Assembly: GCA_024626585.2 (NCBI GenBank)
Contig: JANKJI020000002.1
Span: 187,316,213 to 187,334,378 of the forward strand
From: Ginkgo biloba
Taxonomy: Eukaryota > Plantae > Ginkgophyta
DNA: 18,166 nt
Reading direction: 5' to 3'
The notes below the pieces were generated by a model, which was not told the origin of the DNA, did no database searches, and worked only from the letters and a program-made list of their open reading frames with translations. Made by a program: the position numbers and the translations under genes. Shown one piece after another: positions 10,233 through 18,166 of this stretch (its first letter is position 1; each line of letters begins with the position of its first letter).

Positions 10233-10647
10233 TGTTACACACCTAAGGATTATACACCCTGCCATAATTGGGGTGTCCAGTTGATAGGCCCCCCGATTAG
10301 GGGGTCTAGGGGGTTAGCAGCCCCCTACGGGAGGGTTCGAGGGCAGGAGGCCCTAAGCCAATTTTTTTGGGTTGTTATAGGGGCCCATGGTTTTATACCC
10401 ACAGTTATATATTACCACTTGGTATTTTCTTGTATTAGTGTGTCTATAAAATCTTGTGTATCATAGAGGCAAGTATGTGAGATGATGATAAAGTTAGGGG
10501 TCTTTGGAGCACTTGTTTTGATATATAATAAAGTTTTCTTTTGTTGGGATTTTTCTTGAAAGGGTTTCTCAAGGTAAAATATCTTATGTATTCTTATGGA
10601 TATGCTATTATTATTTCCTTTCTTTATTATTTTAAGATTCTATTAGC
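10233..10647 (+). mobile_element. LTR remnant (Copia-like), truncated by an N gap
   Basis: Starts with TGTT at 10233. It has a GC-rich block (gggggtctagggggttagcagccccct), CTATAAAA at ~10444, AATAAA at ~10527 and a U5-like gggatttttcttgaaagggtttctcaaggtaaaatatctt. The U3-TATA-polyA-U5 order fits a plant LTR. Confidence 0.6.
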
Positions 10648-10764
10648 NNNNNNNNNNNNNNNNNNNNNNNNNNNNNNNNNNNNNNNNNNNNNNNNNNNNN
10701 NNNNNNNNNNNNNNNNNNNNNNNNNNNNNNNNNNNNNNNNNNNNNNNGTTTAACCACATATTTT

Positions 10765-10946
10765 ATGGATTAGAGCGTTAATGCTCTACATGTTGTGGAT
10801 TAGTGCACAAATCCATGTCATGTCATAGATTAGCACAAAAATCTATGTCATGTCCCATGTTATAGATTAACGCATAAATAAACATCAATGTCATGGATTC
10901 ATACACAAATCCACAACATGTCATAGATTTGCATGCAAATTCACAT
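10765..10946. repeat. Degenerate ~30-bp tandem repeat, about 6 units
   Basis: Approximate consensus catgtcaTRGATTagyrcacaAATCYA; TRGATT cores recur at ~10766, 10796, 10826, 10863, 10894 and 10924. Confidence 0.8.
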
Positions 10947-12315
10947 TAGTTCTTTATAAGTGCACAAAAGTGGTTCTAGAAAACTTTTGGCAAAGAAACC
11001 TTAATTTTTTCTATTAAATAGGATATAAACAATATTTTCAAGGTCAAAATAATATGATTTGAACTCAAGAGAAATTATACTAGTTGTCAAAGAGCTTGTT
11101 TAGAGTAATTAGAGACCTATAAACACATTAGAGGTGGTCCATTTTATTATAAAGATAGAGTGTATGCATAATTGCATAACTTTATGTTTATTACATTAGA
11201 TAAATCCTAAATCCCTAATTCAAGAGTTTCATGTTGAATTCTTATTATATTCATTTGTACTAAGATCCCCAATTTTCCTATTACATGAGGTAAACTATAT
11301 TGTTCATTATGATAGTGTATTTGTATTTAGCTTGGTATCCATTATGATTTTTCAAGTATGTTTATAATATAGTTAAATGGTAGTTCCTAATAAACATTGA
11401 TGATAATTGATTGTTCATTTGGTAGTCTTAAATTATACTAAATATCTTTGTCATGCCCTTATTATACTCATACAAAAATCAATCTTTAGGAAGTATAATG
11501 TTATCATAAAAAATTGCACCCAAAGATATACTTTTAAATATTTTAACTAAGCACATTTTAGATCATATTCCCTCATTCCATAGATCCTATCGAATTTTAT
11601 ATGAATTTTATATCTTATTTGATTATGTTTTGGTCCTTGTATCACTTTTATAAATATTGTGGAGATTATCTAGTCCTATTTTATTCATTGCATATCTTAC
11701 GTGTAGTAATGTAGTTACCATATTATAATTAGATCCATTATAATTCCATTTATACATTTGTCATATTTTTTGTATGGCTATGGGACTTCACATTAACCCA
11801 CATGCATAATATGAGACTTATATTATGTCTCCATATTAATGGTAGTTGAACATACTCATGTATTATCTTCGCACCCTATATTATATGATCTAAAGAGGCC
11901 CTTACATCATGAAATTTAGATCAACATATTTTGCATTGAGATACTTCATTGGTGGAGATACCTTGTACCTTAAAATTCGGGCATATCACTCAAATTCCTA
12001 AGCATTCATCATTATCATTAAAGGTTCATCAAGCCCATATGTCACCTATATCCAATCATTGTATGATATCTCATGGGTTGAAATGTCACATTATATTCTA
12101 TTGATGAGACAATGCCACATATTCTAATTTGTCTTCAAATGTTTTACATTCCCTTATGGTGTAGGGTTTTCTTCAACCATGATAAAGGTTTATGGAGTCC
12201 TAATTTGTCCTATATATACACTATTTTTTTTATTTTGACATTATTTATAAAGAGAATAAATTAAAGTCTTTTTATGTTAACATTATATTAGTGGAAGATG
12301 AATAAGTTATAATAA

Positions 12316-12780
12316 GCTCATATAATGGTGCATTTAAAAGAAAGGAAGCATAATAATATATTTAGAAGAACCAATGAATTAGACCATGTCTTAGAGGATA
12401 TGTGTGATAAATATGACAAATAGTAGAAAAAGGAACAAATTGTAATTAAATAAGAAAAAATTGCAGGACATTTGTCTCTACAAGGTAATGAAAATAAGGA
12501 GCTTAAAAAGGTTAAGAAAGAGCTCAATGAAATCAAGGATTTTACAGTTGAGCATATTGATAGTAGGATCCTACAAAACTATGATAGGCATAAGCAATTT
12601 AATTTCATGTTGTTAGAGTTAAAATCCTCGTATCCAATTGTAGATGCACTTGTAACGGAGTTTGAATTCATATAAACACTAAATCCTTTCAATATTTCTA
12701 AGTCCTTTACAAGTTATAGTTTTATAGATATCCCAACCCACCCAACAAATGAATTGAAGATGCAAACTTCAGATGAAGTC
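12316..12780 (+). pseudogene. Decayed reading frame with a coiled-coil-like segment, probably TE-derived
   Basis: Frame +1 runs about 155 codons with only 4 stops (TAG, TAG, TAA, TAA): ...ELDHVLEDMCDKYDK**KKEQIVIK*EKIAGHLSLQGNENKELKKVKKELNEIKDFTVEHIDSRILQNYDRHKQFNFMLLELKSSYPIVDALVTEFEFI*TLNPF... Family not recognised. Confidence 0.4.
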
Positions 12781-14572
12781 TAAGGGTTAGATAAATTTAA
12801 TATTTATATTATTATGATGCAATTTATAAAATCTTATTATAAAGTTTAAAATATTATTATAACATGAATATTCTTCAAATAGTTAAGAAAATATTTGAAT
12901 TCAAAATTGGTGTAACCAGGATTTTGTAGATGTAGTATATTATTGTACTAGGGGATCGCACTTGACTCCTATGTGATGCAAATTATAAAGTTGTAAAGTT
13001 GAGCAATAGTGATGATGGTGCGCACTCCCATAAATTATACAATATTTTCTCTTTATCTAATAAAAAGAAGCTAACTCCTTTTTTGTAGGTTTTCAAGCTC
13101 CCAGATCTTATCATCGTCTACTCCAAGTGTCCATGCTTTTGCTCCTCTTTTTGGATTTTTTTTTGGACTTGTTAAATTTTCTCAAAAAAGCTCTGACGTG
13201 TGAATGCATTCCTTGCCACATTTCAATGTTGTGTAATGTCATGTCAATGTGAGATTTTGCACCCTACTACATCATTAGCTTATGCATTTTCATGTTGACA
13301 TTGGAAAGTGAACATTACCATATCAATCGACTGATAGCACGCGCATTTTCATGTCATTTTTGCGTTGTCTCCCAACGTAGATTTTGTTAATATTTNNNNN
13401 NNNNNNNNNNNNNNNNNNNNNNNNNNNNNNNNNNNNNNNNNNNNNNNNNNNNNNNNNNNNNNNNNNNNNNNNNNNNNNNNNNNNNNNNNNNNNNNTATCG
13501 TGGTTTTTTTTTTTGTTGAACAAGGAGGCGATGGTGACAAGTGTGTAAGCCCACAATGGGGATGTAGGGCCATGTTGAGGAGGCCATGCCAGGGAGGATT
13601 AGGGAGGATGCAGTAAAGGGACATCAATGGGGTCTCAAGGGGTAGAGGCGATGGTAGGGAGGTAAGGCAATAGGAGGGCATCAGGCATAGGTGGGCCCAT
13701 AGCTAGGTGGATGTAGTAGGTTGGGACGCCTCAATTGAAGGCATCTTTAAAAAGGGACAACGAATCTACTTTGGGTGACTGGTATAATAAACTCAACTAA
13801 TATGGTGACCCCTTGGGGGTTTTAAGAGAAATGAATAGTGAATGTAGATGGGCATCCTTTTTGAAGTTGTTTGGGCATCCCAACAGAGTCATCATGCTCA
13901 AATAGGTTTGTGCCAAAGAAGGCACTTCAAGTCCAATGGAGGGACTTTGGAAAAATTTATGAACTATTTCAAGAAATATCAATTAGAGAAGTGGGCATGA
14001 ACCCTTGAAGAAATGAAACATTTCACCAGAAAATACTTCGTTACACAGCATGGATTAAGGCCCGTTTGATTCCTTCACTTTCAACATCAATTTTGAATTA
14101 ATGTTGCCACCTGTTACATTTAATTATCAGTTCATTGAATTCATTTGTTCTATTTTCTTTCTCAAATAGAAATCAACAAGAAACACTTCAGAGCTCTAAA
14201 TTTCTACTTTAAACCATGTTCATCCATAACAACAAGGAAAGGAAAATAAAAATATCCACATTTTCCCAACAAGATGAAGGACAAGAAACCTGTAAACTTT
14301 CTACACATTAACATTCATTCTGGGAGAAGAACAAATATAATTGTAGCTTCATAGTGCTAAAAGGAATGCCTTCCATTGAAAAACATGATATACACATTAC
14401 AATAACAATGGAACATTTCAAACTCCTTTACTCTGTGTTTCTCAAGCTTATAGCTGCCCACAAAAGGGTTGAGAAGAGTAATCAAAGAGTAAAATCGGGG
14501 AGCTTTCTTTCCTCTGGCTTTCACTTTGAAGATTACACAGCCCTGCACTGTTAATTGGTATATGGGCGCAAC

Positions 14573-14758
14573 TCAGTGGACAGGCATCATAAATTGTTTC
14601 GTGTCCATCAACAGAAAGGGCGATGTTCCACTGCATACTGCTAAAAACCTTTGACAGTATCCATCTACATACCGTGATTTCAATATGATTATCATGTTTC
14701 TCAAATCTTTGGTTTGGCTATCCTCAGAGGAAACATCAATAGTGCCCGTAAATTTTCT
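14573..14758 (-). CDS. Candidate terminal coding exon of an unidentified gene whose upstream exons lie to the right (in the gap or beyond the window)
   Basis: T-rich intron-like sequence ends TTTTACTAGCGTTTCAG| at 14759/14758. It is followed by 61 open codons (RKFTGTIDVSSEDSQTKDLRNMIIILKSRYVDGYCQRFLAVCSGTSPFLLMDTKQFMMPVH*) and a T-rich UTR-like tract. CpG and CHG sites are retained, unlike in the flanking decayed repeats. The protein is not recognised and the frame is uncertain. Confidence 0.35.
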   Translation of the reverse strand, partial: RKFTGTIDVSSEDSQTKDLRNMIIILKSRYVDGYCQRFLAVCSGTSPFLLMDTKQFMMPVH

Positions 14759-15210
14759 CTGAAACGCTAGTAAAATTTTCAGAAAATTCGAGTGAAAAAC
14801 TGCGTGATAACCAATTGCCATAGATGCACTCTACGTGTAAACACATGTACTGAAGAAACTCTTTTCAAAGTAGAANNNNNNNNNNNNNNNNNNNNNNNNN
14901 NNNNNNNNNNNNNNNNNNNNNNNNNNNNNNNNNNNNNNNNNNNNNNNNNNNNNNNNNNNNNNNNNNNNNNNNNNNNNNNNNNNNNNNNNNNNNNNNNNNN
15001 NNNNNNNNNNNNNNNNNNNNNNNNNNNNNNNNNNNNNNNNNNNNNNNNNNNNNNNNNNNNNNNNNNNNNNNNNNNNNNNNNNNNNNNNNNNNNNNNNNNN
15101 NNNNNNNNNNNNNNNNNNNNNNNNNNNNNNNNNNNNNNNNNNNNNNNNNNNNNNNNNNNNNNNNNNNNNNNNNNNNNNNNNNNNNNNNNNNNNNNNNNNN
15201 NNNNNNNNNN

Positions 15211-17838
15211 TCAGGGAAAGATACTCTTTTCCTTTAAATAGACTTAAAAAAAGCTTATGAAAAGCTACAATGGGATTTTAGGCTTATAATGCCAAGAAAG
15301 TTTGGTTTTGGAGGTTCTTTTTGCAAAATGGTTAGAATGTTATTCTCAAATGCCACTACTAAAGTGGTGATAAATAGAGACCTTTTAGATAAAATTGGCT
15401 TACGAAGGTCGACCCGTCAAGGTTGTTCTCTAGTCTCATTGTTATAGGACTCAATAACAGATGCACTTAGGCTTTTATTTAAAGATGCTCAAGTATGGTC
15501 AGGACTAAAGGGTATTACTCTTCCTATATCTTGTAAATAGTTTTTACATGGGTAGTTTGTGGATGATATGAATGTTATAGCTAGAGCAAAGAAAGATAAT
15601 GTACCATTCCCAATGGATTAGATTCAAACTTTTTGTCTGGTTTCTAGTTCTTTTATTGGTATTCATAAATGCCTTTGTTACTATTTGGGTGTTAATGAGA
15701 TTCTGAATTGGGTGATGGACTTTTGGTGGAAAATGTTGAAAGATGGAGAAATCTTTAGATTTGTTGGTATATCTTTTGGATTTAATGTCACAACAATGCA
15801 AATGTGGAATGATACAATAGAATGGATTAGAAAGAAGTTTTCTCTTTGGAATATAAGGATCTCTCTATAGTTGGAAGAATGCAAATTGTATCCAAGGTCC
15901 TCTCTCTAATGTATGTTTACCTCTCTTTTACTTTTTCGTACCTTCTACTCAAGTATACAAAACTATAACAACCCTAATACAAATTTTTTTATGAAGCGAT
16001 TCTTCAAAGTGTAGTTTATTTCCCAAAGTAAAATAGGCAGTATGTTGCATGGAAAAATCCAAGGGTGATTTGGGTGTCTCAAACTTTAAGGCTTGGGGTA
16101 TTGCTCAAGCAAGTAAATGGATTGTGAAGAGTTGTCAAGGGCAAGGGATTTGGCAAGAGCTCCTTGACTTTTGCATTTCTCAACTTTTTCCTCATGGTCT
16201 GAAGTCTTGGGGGGGATTGTATAAAGGTCAGATTATTGTAGTAATGGTCAATTTTTAGCCTAAATGTTTGATGATTTTTCATGCCATTTGGAGAGCTTGG
16301 GAGAGCCTAAGGAGGTCACTACGATAGTGGGGGAATGATCATAAAAAATGGATATCTACTTCTACTACCTCTTTATGGTGGGGGAGACAAATTTTGTATG
16401 AACGTAATCCATTTACAATGGTGTACCCCAAGCAGTCAAAAGATCGGTATAATGAAGGGATTTTTATAGCACAACATTGATGGAACAAACATTCAAGTTG
16501 AAGGTATTCCTAGAAGGAGTTGAGAGATGGTTGGGGATTACTTGACTCTCATGGCATTCTCTTTTATAGATTGTTAAGATTCATTACTCGAGACATCAGT
16601 GACAAAAGTTTACTTGGACAGTCACAGTGCATGGTGGAAAGATTAGAATTGGCTACCTAATGCGATCTTCCTACATTTTACAATGAAAAAAGGCTCTTCC
16701 TTTTTATGACCATCTATGGACATCCAAGAACAATATAACAAGATTTGGAGAAGATCCAACCTAAAATAGGCTTGGGAGATAAGATAAAGTACAATATAGA
16801 ATATTAATATGAAGGAAAAAAAGAAGTTTATGCTTTGGCTTCTAATACATAATGGTCTTTCAATAGGACCCAAATTGAGCAAGTAAGGAATTAATAGTTT
16901 GCCCATTTTACTTAGATTAAGAAACAATTCTACAGCTTTTTTGGAGTTGTCCAAAAATACAACCTATATGGAATAGAGTTTGTAATATATATAAGATGCA
17001 TTGTTTCCAACCCATGTAGTTGAATAGGGCATTGTTAGGGGACACATACCTTTGACAAAGGATTCATTTCAATTTGGTATTTTTTTAGGATGGAGCTCTT
17101 ATGGATCATCTAGAATCTTAGAAATTATGTTGTGTGTAATAATTTTGCACCTTCTAATATCTCTTGTCATTTCTTCTTTACTTTGTCATATAACTTGCCT
17201 TTTTAGATGAATTCCCATTTGGAAGCCCGTGCACCAAAAGTCGATTTTCTTAAGAACATGTTATAAGAGATCCAAGAAGCATATAATGATAACAATATAA
17301 ATGGGAATTTAGCAAGGAAAAAATTCTTTCTTGTATTGTATGTAGCATGTCTAGGTTAAGTAAGAGAAGAAAAGGTGAGGAGACAAACACGATTAAAACC
17401 TTTTAATACCATTGGACGAAAAAGTGAATACTAGCACAAAGGATGACAAACAGACTTGGGATTTATTGCAGTCCTCAGATAGAGGCAAAATACTTCCTTT
17501 AAAGGAGGTGGATTCTTCTAAGACTATGTGACATATAAGATCGGATCTTAATTTTCCTCCGATGAGTCAAGATGAGTTGGTGGGAATTAGTGATTTGCAA
17601 TATTGTGATCACAGGGGTTCAGAACAATTTTTGGTATGGTAGATTTTGAGATAGATGGGTGATAGGGGTTGGTGGGACCCTTTGGGTAGATGTTTCAATT
17701 AATGTTAGACGTATGTAATTTTTATAAATTTGTACAATGTATAGGTCCAATTTTATATTTTTAGAACCCCCCAATATAACATGATGTATATGTTCTCTTT
17801 TATAAAATAAAGTCTCATTTCAATAGTAATAAAAAAAA
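15211..17838 (+). mobile_element. Degenerate, 5'-truncated L1-type LINE (ORF2 reverse transcriptase, zf-RVT, 3' UTR and A-tail)
   Basis: Motifs in order: LFL*IDLKKAYEKLQWDF (15226-), RRSTRQGCSLVSLL (~15403-), GLKGITLP, *FVDD (15553-15567, catalytic xADD), FRFVGISFG, GRMQIVSKVL, CMEKSKGDLG, KKFMLWLLIHNGLSIG and ETILQLFWSCPKIQPIW (16921-). There are many stops and frameshifts. The element ends in aataaaaaaaa at ~17828-17838. Confidence 0.92.
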
Positions 17839-18166
17839 CAAACTTGCAAATGCCCAACATAAATTATAGTGCCCCCTAACTATCATTTTGATTTCTTCTT
17901 AAGACTAGAGCATTCCATAATTGCATATATTAAACATATAAGCATAAATGGATGTGAGCTAGGTGACTAAAAAACACCAAGTAACTAAGGTAATATATTA
18001 TTTAAGAGATAATAGGAAGTAATTAAACCAATACCATTATATAATTTGTGCTTTTAAAATTCTTTTTAGTCATCTTCCTTCTTCTTACTAATTTTTTCCC
18101 TTCTTTTCGTCTTACATGATGTACCCACTTGGTGTTGGAGGTTTTATAGAGTTCTATGCAAAAGCG

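Noticed and set aside
10765-10946. CRISPR array
   Set aside because: The units are degenerate, the variable part is only 8 nt, there are no cas genes and the context is plant nuclear DNA. It is a minisatellite.
11281-12180. Long fossil minus-strand ORF starting MVEENPTP at 12180
   Set aside because: It reads protein-like in places, but I count 22 stops in 300 codons (~7%), close to random for this AT content, and I recognise no motif. A TBLASTN search would be needed to revive it.
6347-15241. ORF-track entries containing X runs (6347, 9195, 10541, 13323-13681, 14792)
   Set aside because: Artefacts of translating through N gaps.
15544-16954. Minus-strand ORFs within the LINE
   Set aside because: Antisense shadows of the plus-strand ORF2 fossil.

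Overview
AT-rich, CpG-depleted land-plant nuclear DNA from a gapped draft assembly (8 N-runs). The repeat styles suggest a large-genome vascular plant such as a gymnosperm or fern, which is an inference. The only complete gene is a three-exon LURP-one-related (LOR, Tubby-C-like) gene on the minus strand (5595-4751, 204 aa, two phase-0 GT-AG introns) with TATA, CCAAT and W-box motifs upstream. Most other recognisable sequence is decayed retroelement: a 5'-truncated L1-type LINE ORF2 with A-tail (15211-17838), a separate L1 ORF1 remnant (~6700-7420), two back-to-back LTR remnants (~9410-10647) and a probable non-LTR 3' end (2842-3175). Also present are a ~520-bp diverged duplication of the LOR downstream flank, a ~30-bp minisatellite with self-complementary units, and a candidate terminal exon of a second, unidentified minus-strand gene (14758-14573). 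I see no convincing evidence of a new multi-gene system. The best leads are a possible LOR paralog hidden in a gap, the orphan exon and the GC-rich island at 3447-3790.
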